From: Octopus bimaculoides
Lineage: Eukaryota
Assembly (NCBI RefSeq): GCF_001194135.2
Contig: NC_068981.1
Location: 89,226,099 to 89,290,098 of the forward strand
Reading direction: 5' to 3'
Length of the DNA: 64,000 nt
The notes under the pieces were generated by a model. It worked only from the letters and a program-made list of their open reading frames with translations. It was not told the DNA's origin and did not search any database. Both the position numbers and the translations under genes were made by a program. This document shows, one piece after another, positions 12,508 through 25,750 of this stretch (positions are counted from its first letter, which is position 1; every line of letters starts with the position of its first letter).

Positions 12508-15437
12508 CTGTAATAAAAGAAAGTGAGTAATTAAAAATGGCTAGTACAAAATTGATGAGGTTGACAGATGTTGGGTGTATTATGAAAGCGGCGGAATGAG
12601 AATCTCTAACATTAATAATTTATCAATTTGTCGAATATTTAATTGTATTCGTTTTCTTTCTCAGTAAAGCATGTGACTTTGTAATTAGAGGATGGTTTGC
12701 TATAGACTACGTGAATAGAAACGTTGAATAGGATCAGGAATTGAATTATTTAAAAAAATGTTGTTAACAGCAATTAAACTTCATTTCTATGGTTCGTATA
12801 CACAAAAAAGGTATGAATAAATAATGGTATTGTTTTTTTCTTGCAAATTAAAAATTTTCTTGTATTTCTGAGTAAGGGAGGAAAACTAAGAAATTGTAGC
12901 GTCTAAATGTGTACCAAGAGATAATTTAACTTAAATAGCGTATAAATTAGCTTCATTTGAGAAAAAAGTGCATTTGTATGGTTTCTTGAGTTTCGTAAGC
13001 TTCATAGTCGGACAGTCAAAGCGAAATACCAGCAATAATACTTCGAAAACAGATTCAGATCTCGGCAATTCATTAGGCTACCAGTGATAAATCCATAAAC
13101 AGTCATAACAAATACGCAATAAGAACTACCATTGAAAATGTTTTTCTTCATGGTGTGTATCGAAGGAAAGTGAGTTTGGAGGAAATGATCTCTTTTCAAA
13201 CTATACACATCGGAAGTTTTATATTTCACTCAATAAGGGAAAAAATATTAGTCATTTCGTGGGTGCTATGTTCGAAGCAATGCTTTAAAATTTCAAAATT
13301 CAATCTAATTTTCAGATTATAAAACAATACGTTACTCTAAAACGCGTTCGCATTCAGATAGGTAAAGTAGAACCATTTTGAAATGTCAGATAATATAATT
13401 ATGGTTATAACACAGTGGCAAATAATCGCATAGAAATGAATGACCTCCAAATTGTACGCTATCTAACTATCTTAAATATTTAGACATTTAAGTTTTCGCT
13501 ACATTTCCGGAATAAAAAAAACATAATCTTCTTAAACATAACATCACGAAATAATCGTTTTATAAAGTACTAGTATAAACCCGGAATTTAGAAGTATTTC
13601 TTTTGTTTCATGAAGTTGATTTTTTTCCATCTGTAAGCTGATTAATTTATGGCAAGTTTTACTGTTTTGACGTATGAATATTTACTTTCTGTCAAGTGAA
13701 ATGAACAACTGGAAAAATGATGCAGTGAAATCAAAAAGTCAACGTAACACATATCCTCGCAAGCACATATATACATACGTGTACACGCATGTACATACAT
13801 ACACAAAGTCACACACGCACGCCAATGCACACATACACACACACACACACACGTCGGAGTATGAAACTGCAAATACCGGGTTCTCAGATTTTGCTGTCTA
13901 ATTAAGTTTCAAAATTATAAAACTGTACGGCTGAGTCATTTTTTTCTGTTTATCTTTTGTTTCTAATTTTGTTGAATATAATTGTCAATTAATACGAACG
14001 CAAAATTCTAAAATACATATACTGTATTTTGATGGAAAGACATTCATCAAGAAGAATATATTAACATTTTCAATGTTAAATGTCTATATTTTATATTTTG
14101 CACTAAATATAGTAAATCAAAATAGAAAGATTAAGTAAGAAATACATTGTCTTATTTTCATCTTTGATATATAAAACATTGACTGTACTGTATAGCTCGG
14201 AGATTACATGCTTGTCTTTGTAAATACAGAATAAATCTAATTTAGTCGAATGAATGAAATATGTTTCTTTAGCGGTAGCAATATTAGATTATTATCTGAT
14301 GAAATCCTGTGAACTAATATGATTATCGTCTGCATAGAAGATCATTTCAGGAAGAAGAGTTGATAATTTAGTTATCTGTAATATAGTGTGCAGTCCGAAA
14401 CAGCATCTTCAGAAAGTCTCATCTAAATACTTCTTATGAATCTCCTAATTGACACGAACTCACTTGACTTTAGCGTGAAATAGAAAAGCTGTTTTAAGTA
14501 TCCCTCACAGAATAACTTTTTTTTTATCTTGGATAAGAATTTCTACACTTGTTGAATTAATGATACTGAGCAGGTAACTATAGGTTGTTGCTCGGTTCTT
14601 GCTTTCGTTTATTTTAACAATCATGATTAATTAAACAAGCATAATCTGAAACGTAGATAAAAGTCAGCTAAATTGCGTGAAATGCGAGCAAAATAAATAT
14701 CCAGTAGAGATAGCTTTATATTTAGACAGAGGATGTTTCATAAAGCTTCATATGATAGTCATCTTTGTATAAAATAGAATACACACTTCAGCGGAATCAA
14801 TTACCTTCTCTAGGTGGATATGTATCACCACCTTTTCAAAGAACGAATAAAATTACGATGTTAATGTGTGTTCCTGTGATATTTAGTGTTTCTAATAAAA
14901 TGAAAATAAATACTATCAAGAATTCGTATCACAAACACGTATGACCAAGAAATTATCTTATATTATTCTATGCATTAAGCTTATAAATAAGCTTAATATT
15001 TGCAAGCATAGAATAATATTAGATAATTTGCGTTTGTATATGTGTTTGTGTTTGTGAAAGAGGTGGGAATAGTTGAACGTACTTAGGAAAGAAAAGCATG
15101 TAGAATATAGGAAAATATAATTTAATAAACTCGCAAAACAGGATTAAAAACTACGAATTTACTTAATTGAATATGCATTTCCTTCAATCGGAATATATGA
15201 ATCTGTTTATAGTTTATATTCCTTTACTTTTTTACTGTTTTCTATCGTTGCATTGGAGCCGTGAAAATGCACCACTTCAAGCATTAAGTAAATGATATCA
15301 TTCTCTGCACTTACTTCAGTGTCGTATTTTTTTTTATCGAAATCTATTGCTAATCTGCGAATGCACGAGATATGAAGGGGAACGATATAGACAAACCGGG
15401 TCTTACTTTGGATTAAACATAAACACAAGCAAGGATA

Positions 15438-16590
15438 CGAGGCTGAAAAGTTCATAGGCTGATAAAAGTAATCTCATGGAATGTGACCAAATGAGATTTA
15501 TTTATTGGTAAAGAAGCTTTCATCCGGTTGGTCAAAAATGTCATCAACAGTAGATATAACGACATTATCAATGCAATACTAGTTCCTAGTCGAGTGGCTT
15601 ATTTATTTTTTTTTTGAAGTTGTGGAACAGATGATAGTCAGATAGGGCCACGTCAGGAGAAGATAAGGCGGGAGAATAATCAGCCAAACACAGCAGCCAT
15701 TGAATTGAAAGACTTGTGTACTGGAGCATTGTCTTTATGAAACAAGACTCCTTTCGTCACTTTTCCGGGCTATTTGGTCTTGATAGTCCTTCTTACCTGT
15801 TTCAACTAGTTGCATAGTTCTCTCCATCGATGGTATAGCCTTTTTGAAGATAGCCATAAAGGCAATGCCTTTTTCATCCACCAAAACTGAAGCCATCACC
15901 TTATCTGCAGATGAACGACCTTGGCCTTTGGAAGAGGTGAGTAGTGGTGTTTCCACTGCATGAATTGTCTCTTTGTCTCTGGCTCAAAGTCATACACCTA
16001 ACACTCATCCTGGGTTAGGTGCGCTGTTGATCAGGTGTCAGAACACGTGGCATACACGGAACAGAAACCCTCGTCATGCAAAGTTCATTCTGAAAAATAT
16101 GTTCAACTCTCACGGCATACGCTAATAGCATTACATTGTCTATCGCCTGCCATCCATCACCATGTGATGAACATGATCAATGTTTTTCTCAGTGGTCACA
16201 ATTGCAGGACGTACTTCTAGATCTTGGGTCATCTTCAAGACTCCCCCTTCTCCTAAATTCAGCTGCCCACTTTTGCACTGTCGATAAAGCTGGAGTCCCA
16301 TTCCCGAATGTAGCTAGCATGTCAGCATTAATATCTTTGAGGGATAAACACTTTTTCTCCAGGTAATTGATAACACTCTCGAACGATGCTAATATTTGGC
16401 CATTTTCAAGAGAAATCGCTACTAGTTAGTTAGTTAGTTTGAAGTCTTCTTTGGACAGTCATATGTCGATCTACCTGGAGAGAAACAATGGATTTATCAA
16501 TACAAAGAATTAAAATTAACGCATGCAAGATTTCAAAGTTTTAGCGTCACTCCTTCATAATCGGCTAATGAACTTTGCATCCCACCCTCG
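15438..16590 (-). mobile_element. Mariner element with both TIRs, decayed transposase
   Basis: TA|CGAGGCTGAAAAGTTCATAGGCTGA at the left; the right end in reverse complement reads TA|CGAGGGTGGGATGCAAAGTTCATTAGCCGA; TA flanks on both sides. The minus frame has SADKVMASVLVDEKGI (mariner 'SAGKVMASVFWD..GI'). Confidence 0.85.
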
Positions 16591-17542
16591 TAGACACATA
16601 TAATAAAAACGATACATTCACACAGGCATACACAGGCATGGGATTATATATACATGGCGTAAGTCAACACTTATATTATATAAGTACAACTACTTCTTGG
16701 AAAGTTGTAAAGTTCTTGGATATCAACATAGAAAACTGCAAAGAGAATGTGACCGTCGACCATCAATGCTAGGCCCATTCCGATTAACAGACGAATGGTA
16801 CTAGCCTTAGAAAAGGCTGCTAAGTGAATCGATGCACCATTTAATTTCGAGATTTTATGCAAACCTTCTCTGTAGATACAAAATAAATCTAATCTAGTCG
16901 AATGAATGAAATAATATTTCTTTAGTTGGAGCAATGTTAGATTATTACCTAATGAAATCCTGTAAAGTAATTTGTTTACTGTCTACGTGTAAAATCATTT
17001 TGTTCTTTCAGAAAGAGGTGAAAGTAAGCCACAAATAACACAAGCCGCCTACATTTACATATTTCGAGTTGATAAAGCTCATACGTTTTACAAATCACAC
17101 CACTGTAGGAACTTGGTTTTTCATAGTGTGATTTCCCAGAATTTCTTGCTCGTAAGTTTTAACGTCTGCAAGTGGCGTACCACAGACTGGAACTGCTATG
17201 ACATGAAGGATACTTTTAGCATCAGTGTGTTGTTTTTTCTACAAAGGGCCTAAAACTTACAGGTGTCATGTGGCGCAAATTTTCACCATGGCAAATAATT
17301 CTGTCCTGTTCAATATTCGCCGATCCATCGTTGGTTTAATCTCTCATTTTGACATACATACACGTACATATATACAAATATACATATATATATATATATG
17401 TATATATCTATCTATATATATATATATATATATATGCGTGTGCGTGAGTGTGTGTGTGTGTGTGTGTCTGTGTGTATGTGCCCGCGCGCGTATATGTATA
17501 TATTTCTCTCGCTCTCTCTTTCTCTCTGTATATGTATGTATA

Positions 17543-17602
<60 letters not shown>

Positions 17603-19411
17603 AGTGAGTGTGTGTGTCTGTGTGTATGTGTGTGTGTAAAGTATCTTTTTTTTTCTTTTAATTTGATTTAATTTTGACTGGCAAACCACTTGGTGGTAGC
17701 AAGGTTTGAAGGAAACAGTTTATTCGTTAAGACCAATATAACATACAATCACACCTAAATTCAGAAATATCTTTTACTCATCTCTCTATTAACATATTTC
17801 ACTGTTTTAATATTTGAATGCTTCAATTGGAGTAGTAATAAACACAATACTGGCATTGTTCCTCATGTGGGCTAAATACTTTAAAGTGCAAGACAAACAA
17901 GGTGTGTTTCAGTGAGTTATTTGGGTTAGATTGTCGCGTATTAATACACTTTAGGTTTGGCATGTCATGAAACAAGTGGAAAGCAGTAAGTTTCAAGAGG
18001 GGCAATATGCAATCTTTACTCCTTAACCCGTTCTAAACTACAGATATATTCAGGATTTTATCAATTGTGGCTATGCATGACTAATGTGATGTCTGAGTAC
18101 AGACATTTGTGTTTACTTGTAATTATTGTTTTTAGTACTAAGACAACCCTGATGAAATAATCTTATGATCGAAGCATTGCAACCGTGATAAAGAGGTCCT
18201 TTATCCAGTTTTCAATTAATTTGCTCATCTTATCTTGGACGGTAGTGTGATTTAGTGGAATTTTCTCAGAATTCGAACGACAGTAGTCTCTTCACAAAGT
18301 TTTGATTAGAGGTGACAACAAGTTGTGAATTGTGGCTATATTAGTAATGAACATGTAAATTTACATCAACCATAATCAGTATGATTTCATATTTTGTAAT
18401 GAATACAGTATTCTCGTATTATAGACTCTATAAAGGTGTAGAAAAATCAGTGTTAAATTAAAATAGTTACAGCATGAAGGAAATATTGAAACTACTGTTA
18501 TGTTATCTTCTTGAAGAAGACCATCAATTATTTATTGCTGCGTCGATACAATAGTCTATTGAGATATTCTATGACGTTGTATATTGTTGATATCACATCA
18601 AAATACGATCCACATGTCTGACGATTGTTACCTGTTAGTTCAGCAAGTGGATAATTTTATTCGCGATCGTGATTCCGTGTATGGTTACTTGACATACTAT
18701 GTTACTTTAACGCATAATTACCACAAAATTTATCACGGTATGTGTGACGCTGCTTCATATAGTTTAGACACATTCTCATTTTTAATTTTATCTTATTTTA
18801 TTCTATTAAAGGAATGTAAGATACTTCTTGTAGCTGGCAGTAATTTTGAAAAAGCGTGTCTTTTCGTACTTGACCTCATTTGCAGATATTATACTACCCG
18901 AATGCTTTCACCAATAACGTGCTGAACGAATCTAGAATTTCGTAAAATCATAAAGCTGATAGAGAAAATGCCTGTGACTTCCTGAATGAAATATTCTGAC
19001 ATAATTGAAGAAACTAAAAAATAATGGGAGAAAATTTTTTTTTTAAATAAAACTAGAAAAAAACTACGTTCTCGTAAAGTAGATAATGCAACTAGCTAAA
19101 AGTAGCTGGCAGTACCAATGATAATAAATTGTTAGAGAGACTGACGTTACGACTGTTCTAAAACATAAGAGTATTACGAAAATAATGAGAGGAGAAAAGA
19201 TAATGGAGAAATATAATACGAAAAATAAAAGATAGGAAGAAAAGTTGTAAAAGAAAATGGAAGAAAATGAAATAAAAATGTGATTGGTCGAACAAAATAT
19301 GAAAATAAAGAAAAAAACCCAGAACATTAAACGAAATTAAAAGAATAAAAAAGAAATTCATTAAAAAGCACAGTAAAAATAATACTGTCAATAGACAAAT
19401 TATTGAAGTGA

Positions 19412-19450
19412 AAATGGATATCACGTGTTGGAAACACGTGATATCCATTT
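19412..19450. repeat. Perfect 18-bp inverted repeat with 3-nt spacer containing two CACGTG E-boxes
   Basis: AAATGGATATCACGTGTT-GGA-AACACGTGATATCCATTT. Confidence 0.9.
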
Positions 19451-20067
19451 AACGTGGACAACGCATGTTTATAGTGTTCCTTCAAATAGTGAACCTTTCA
19501 GAATAATAGTCTCAAGCGGTTTTAAAATCGTCTCCGTGAACTGCTGAATTGTTTAACCCCTGATGAAGAAAACCAATGATCCGGAGGTATTCCATCCCTT
19601 TTGAGAGGCACATTATATGTAGTTTCGGTTATCCGATGTAGTCCTGTTTTAAAACACATTCATAGTGCATTGTTACGAAATTCTGGTAACTCTAGCGATC
19701 ACGTGGATGCTCTCTTGTTTCAAAACAATTAGTAGATCAGCCGAGAAAATGCTTTTCATTCTTTAACTATGTGTGTTCGATTGTTCATACATCAACGCGT
19801 GCCTAGATAAGTGGCTGGCTGTGAGTACACGTCACTGAGAATGTCCAAGTAGGTAAAAACGCATCTGGCGTGTTTGCTAGCCATTGCTGGGGTGATTTTC
19901 GGATTCCATCCTATATATATAATCTGTTTGTCATATACAACACGTCTATAAGAGATATCTGTGGACAAATAGGACGAATAGATAAGTAACTCGCCTTTCA
20001 ATGATGATTTTACTTTGAATTTGGTATGTGGCTATTTTAATTTGATAATGCTTGGATTGCACATAAA

Positions 20068-20099
<32 letters not shown>

Positions 20100-20103
<4 letters not shown>

Positions 20104-20575
20104 GTAAAAACTCAGAAAAGTCAAGAAAACGGATAGGTTTGTGGCACATCAACTGAACGAGATTCAAAAAAACAGAGGTCTCGAAGTGTGATCCTTATTG
20201 CTCTCTCGATGGGAAAGAGACCATTTTTGCATCAAATCATTACTTGTGATGAAAAATGGGTACTCTTGACAACAGCAGGAGAACAGGACAGTTGCAAGAG
20301 AGTCACCTAAATACTACCCAAACCCACCATTGCACACTAAAATGTTAGTGGCCACTGTATGGTGGTTTGAGAAAGGATTTATTCATTATTCATTTTTGCA
20401 ACAATGTAAAACGGTGACAGCAGCATCATATTGTCAGGAAATTGATTGCATGCATGAGAATTTGAAAAAGAAGCAACCCAAACTAGTGAATAGAGAAGGC
20501 CCAATTTTGCTCCGCGACAATGCACGTGCTCACACTCATCAAGCTACGGTGCAACAGTTGCAAAGCCTGAATTAT

Positions 20576-20578
<3 letters not shown>
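20100..20578 (+). mobile_element. Mariner (DD34D, Mos1/Hsmar-like) transposase remnant
   Basis: IITCDEKWV motif near 20237, then the ORF ATVWWFEKGFIHYSFL...ILLRDNARAH; truncated before YSPDL. Confidence 0.9.
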
Positions 20579-20835
<257 letters not shown>

Positions 20836-21072
20836 AATTTTAATGTCATGAATAGCGAAAGCGAAATCCGGTCGACAAACACAATACAAGATATGTTAAA
20901 AATTATATTGAAACTATGTAAAGTGTGTGTATTTTCCTTCTTTAATGTCTTATATATATTACAGCTCACCACGTGGGGATAATCGAAATTCCTCCCTTTC
21001 TGTTACTATATACATATATGTGTGTCTGTGTGTATGTGTATATATATGCTTATACATATAAATACATATACG

Positions 21073-21110
<38 letters not shown>

Positions 21111-21191
21111 CATATACCTACATGCACACACACACACACACACACTCTCTCTCTCTCTCTCACACATACACATACACACACATATATTTAG

Positions 21192-22226
21192 GTACAATGG
21201 GTAAATTATCACTGTTTTATAATTTTAATTTCGTGCATGCGCATTTTTGTTTTTGATTTTGTCAACTACACTGTATAATAGGGTCGGTTGGACATTCTTT
21301 ATGAGAAAAGCAGCACCATCACACCATCCACTTTGTCGGAAATTTGGAAACGACATGCTGTATAGCTTGGTATTTGTGCCGGAAGCTCCGACACGAACAT
21401 TTCAGTGTGTTTGGCTGTCAAACTGAGGACAATGCAGAGGATTTGGAAAGAGTTGGAAGAGTCAAATGTTGATCACGAAGGTACAACACCTCGGAAAACT
21501 CACTCTGATCCTTCAGATAAGAAAAGAACTTGAATTTATTGGTGAGATCGAGGCCTTGATTGACAACAATCCCTCCAAGTCAATCAAGTCCTCGCCAGGG
21601 ACATGGGATTGTCTGAATTTTGTATCAGACAGGTAGTGCATGAAGACATTCGGTATTCCTCATACAAGATGAAAAAGGGCCAATTTTTATACCAAGACAT
21701 ACAGGACAAAAGGAAATCCTGCACTGTGATGGTTTGAACAAACTCAACCATCCCCTCCAACCGAACGTGGTTCGTTTCTCAGACGAGAAAATTTCTTCCA
21801 GCATCAGATGCTGAACACACAGAACAACAATTGGATTGCCATGTCCCCAAAACATGTACTGGCAGTGATAAGAATCAAACATCCAGTGATAAGTATCAAA
21901 TATGGTGTTTGGAGTGATCTCTATGTGTAGGGCGCAGTTGGACAAGAGACCAACAAAATTCCTTGTACATCAAAGGTGAACTGAAGGTAAGGTTTATGGC
22001 AGCATTCACCAACTTAAACAAAGAGTCCGTCCACAAGAGTTGCAGGAGCTTCCGAAGTCGTTTGGAGGCCATGGTTGACGCCAATGGCGATTATATTAGA
22101 TAAATTTACTCTTTAGTATTTCAAGATATATTTTAAGTAATTTTGGTAAATATATCTGCTAAAATGAGATGTCGGGGTTATTTTCATTTTTACGTAATTA
22201 AGACAATTTATTCACCACATCCTGTA
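21192..22226 (+). mobile_element. Tc1/mariner superfamily element (DD37D/maT-like), internally deleted
   Basis: Decayed frames (WFVSQTRK / FSDEKN region, MVFGV, CRSFRSRLEAMVDANGDY). A TIR-like end caatttattcaccacatcctgTA lies near 22226. Confidence 0.7.
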
Positions 22227-22304
22227 CATACATACATACACACACATACATACATACATACATACATACACACACACAAACACACACACACACAAACACA
22301 CACT

Positions 22305-22352
<48 letters not shown>

Positions 22353-22418
22353 AAACTATGTNNNNNNNNNNNNNNNNNNNNNNNNNNNNNNNNNNNNNNN
22401 NNNNNNNNNNNNNNNNNN

Positions 22419-22460
<42 letters not shown>

Positions 22461-23128
22461 ACTTAGCTTCAGTCACAAAATGAAAGCGACGTAGCGCATA
22501 AAATAATCAACTCATGAGAAATATATAAACAGAATAAAAAAAGAAAAATTTATCTCAAAAGTAACAGAACAGTCTTCAAAACTTTAATGTTTAGTTATCT
22601 ATTTGTGAAACTAAAAGGTATCTAAACATGGAATTTACAGCGTGGGGCTGTCTGTGTTGCTTCGTATATCACATAATATATTTCATAGTTCTCCAAGAGC
22701 AATCTGTAACTGTCCAGTTAATATCATATTATTTGGTAGTTGTAAATAAAACAGTAAAAATGTATTAATAATACGACTTATATTTGGGGTAAAAGAAACA
22801 ATAAAACGTGGTGACTACAATGTATTTTAATATAGCACCAAATCACTTTCGTTAGCTATTTTGGAAAATGTTTAGCTTCTTATGTGAATATGTATTTCTG
22901 TTACTTGAGATATTTTGGACTGTGTTTGCTTTAGTAACATATTAATGTATTTCATTAGTTACATGTTGCATCACTTCCGTTTTGCAGCGAGGTGCAAGTT
23001 AATTTTCATATGAGTTTCGGCAGGATTCTGTTCAATATGCTTCAATGAGTTGTGTAGCTATACAACGAAAGAATTTAGTGTGTGGTGTGTGAGTACATGT
23101 GTATAGGCTTGGTTGTACACACAGAGAC

Positions 23129-23195
<67 letters not shown>

Positions 23196-23283
23196 AATTA
23201 TAAAAAAAATTGCTGCAGTATTAAAAATGGTCATCGCACACATTCGTTGAGATGAACAATCTCTCAACTATAGTATCGGTAAG

Positions 23284-23341
23284 ACTTGCTGAAGAGGAAC
23301 TAAGGGTATTACTGAAAGTTCGAAATAACGGTGGTACGGGT
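23284..23341 (+). ncRNA. Type-I hammerhead motif, diverged helix III
   Basis: ACTTG-CTGAAGA-G-GAACT[15 nt]AGTTC-GAAA-TAACGGTGGT-A-CGGGT: canonical core, 5-bp stem II, 5-bp stem I with two G.U pairs, GUA site. Confidence 0.5.
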
Positions 23342-24108
23342 ATGTCTGACTTATTCAATTTTCGATTATTTTCCTCATTGGTACGAGGACTTAGTGTTTT
23401 TGGTCATTTGCCCGCTTTCACCTATTTTGACTGCTATTTTACTGCTATTTTACTGCCTGTTAGTACCCTCAATTACACACACATAAACAAACACACACAC
23501 ACACACATATACATATATACATATATATATATACGCATATATAACTATTTGTATGTATGTATATACATGACTATATATATATATATATATATANNNNNNN
23601 NNNNNNNNNNNNNNNNNNNNNNNNNNNNNNNNNNNNNNNNNNNNNNNNNNNNNNNNNNNNNNNNNNNNNNNNNNNNNNNNNNNNNNNNNNNNNNNNNNNN
23701 NNNNNNNNNNNNNNNNNNNNNNNNNNNNNNNNNNNNNNNNNNNNNNNNNNNNNNNNNNNNNNNNNNNNNNNNNNNNNNNNNNNNNNNNNNNNNNNNNNNN
23801 NNNNNNNNNNNNNNNNNNNNNNNNNNNNNNNNNNNNNNNNNNNNNNNNNNNNNNNNNNNNNNNNNNNNNNNNNNNNNNNNNNNNNNNNNNNNNNNNNNNN
23901 NNNNNNNNNNNNNNNNNNNNNNNNNNNNNNNNNNNNNNNNNNNNNNNNNNNNNNNNNNNNNNNNNNNNNNNNNNNNNNNNNNNNNNNNNNNNNNNNNNNN
24001 NNNNNNNNNNNNNNNNNNNNNNNNNNNNNNNNNNNNNNNNNNNNNNNNNNNNNNNNNNNNNNNNNNNNNNNNNNNNNNNNNNNNNNNNNNNNNNNNNNNN
24101 NNNNNNNN

Positions 24109-24150
<42 letters not shown>

Positions 24151-24520
24151 TGCCTCTGCCAAAAGTAACCTCGTTATAGTTTGACAAGATAACAATGAGG
24201 TAATATTTCAAGTTATTATATCAAAATTAAGTATATAACGTTTTGTAATATTGAATAAATAATACAAGGCGAAATATGTTATAAACATTAGAAAATGAAA
24301 TAGAAATAGTTGTCAGTATTTGCTTAATGATTTAAAATCTTTTTTTATATTTTACTAGAAAAAAAGTTTACTTATTGATTTTTGCTGTTGTGACATGCTT
24401 TCGTTCCTGCATATTGATGAAGTAGGAAAAGTTAAAATTTGGTTTCTGAGCTCTCTGTTTATAATAAGTACTTATTGAATCTAGCTTTTGTAGTGTTTGG
24501 ATCAGGTATTTGTTATTGGT

Positions 24521-24858
24521 GAACCTCTATACGCGTTCTAAGTGACACGGTTGTTTAGTCATGGATATCCATGGGATTGCACCTAGAAAGTTCCCCTCTG
24601 TGGCACATGTCCGAGCAAGGTTGTTTGTGAAATGCCAGCAGTCTCCCTTCTCCACGCCACCGATGTTATCTAAGGGAAAGGCAGATGTCGATACAGCTTG
24701 GCACCAGCGATGTCGCAACTCATTTCTACAGCGGAGTGATCTGGAGAAACGGGAAATAAAGTGTCTTGCTCAAGAACACAACACGCAGCCCGGTCCGAGA
24801 ATTGAACTCACCACCTCACGATCATAAGCTCGATGCTCTAACCACAGAGCCATGCGCC

Positions 24859-24863
<5 letters not shown>
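24521..24863 (-). mobile_element. tRNA-derived SINE
   Basis: Head (minus) GTGAAGGCGCATGGCTCTGTGGTTAGAGC...GAGTTCAATTCTC; shares gaaataaagtgtcttgctcaa with 39105-39313. Confidence 0.85.
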
Positions 24864-24927
<64 letters not shown>

Positions 24928-25019
24928 ACACACACACACATATATACGAATTCGCGTTGCAAGATTCGATGTGAAACACTGTTGGAACAAATATTATTGT
25001 ATGTTGGAATGGTCATTTT

Positions 25020-25270
25020 TCTTTCCCGAATAAATGACGCACTTTATATACCGAATGTCTTCATGCACTATCTGCCTGATAAGAAACTCAGAGACTGTCC
25101 TGTCCCTGGCGATGGACCTGATTGACTTGGAGGGGTCGTTGTCAATCATGGCTTGTATTTCCTCAACATATGCAGTAGTTCTTTTCTTATCAGAAGGATG
25201 ATAGTAAGTTTTCCTTTCTGCCGTACCTTCGTAATCGCCATTAGACTAATCCAACGTTTTAGTAATGGAA
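25020..25270 (-). mobile_element. Fragment of the same DD37D-like mariner family as 21192-22226
   Basis: Reverse complement matches 21480-21700 (gacaacgacccctccaagtcaatcaggtcc...gtagtgcatgaagacattcggta). Confidence 0.8.
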
Positions 25271-25351
25271 TCGATATACTTGAATATACTCTTCATAAAA
25301 TAGTTGGTCTTATAATGATTAATATCTATATTATCGTAAATTATAAAGCGA

Positions 25352-25750
25352 AGAGCTAGCAGAATCGTTAGCATACTTGACAAAATGCTTGACCGTATTT
25401 TGTCTGCCTCCATGCTCTGAGTTCAAATTTGCCTTTCATCATTTCGAGGTCAATAAAGTAGGTACCAGAAAAAGGATGGAGTCGATGTAATCGACTTAGC
25501 CGCTCCCTATCCTTTGAAGTCAATTTTCCCTCAAATGATTCAAATGATGGATGTGTATGTTAGAAGGTATAGAGAACGTATGAAAGAGCGAGGCATGATC
25601 GTTACTGTGATTGGCGCACATTCATAAGACGAGGGTTCAATTCCTGGATTGAGTGGCGCCTTGTGTCCTTCGACCAGGCGTTTTCTTTCATATCGCTCTA
25701 GCCTTCTCAGCTGTAATGTGTAGCAACCAGATTTCTAATGCAGCATTCTT
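25352..25750 (+). mobile_element. Two decayed SINE heads in tandem
   Basis: gcagaatcgttagca...tgagttcaaat (25352-25510) and gagggttcaattcctgg (about 25585-25750), each with B-box-like motifs. Confidence 0.6.

Noticed and set aside
13002-13229. Minus ORF with GFITGSLMNCRD, superficially like aquaporin TGASMNPAR, close to the real exon
   Set aside because: It has no NPA, no HW|gt donor, no suitable acceptor, and the frame runs on to a stop. The resemblance is treated as chance.
16995-17030. Plus-strand micro-exon-like pattern ttttgttctttcag|AAAGAGGTGAAA|gtaagc
   Set aside because: It is opposite to the aquaporin strand, no partner exons were found, and it lies at the edge of a diverged repeat. 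It would need RNA-seq junctions.
18584-18925. 113-aa plus-strand ORF
   Set aside because: It has no recognisable domain, AT-rich codon usage and no convincing splice context.
19522-19643. Minus-strand candidate terminal exon (acceptor gtgttttaaaacag; LHRITETTYNVPLKRDGIPPDHWFSSSGVKQFSSSRRRF*)
   Set aside because: It is phase 1, so it cannot replace the phase-0 aquaporin last exon. It has no recognisable homology, and 39 open codons can arise by chance.
23210-23410. Minus frame LNKSDIPVPPLF resembling a LINE linker
   Set aside because: It is better explained by the plus-strand HHR-bearing tail at 23284-23341; the similarity is too short.
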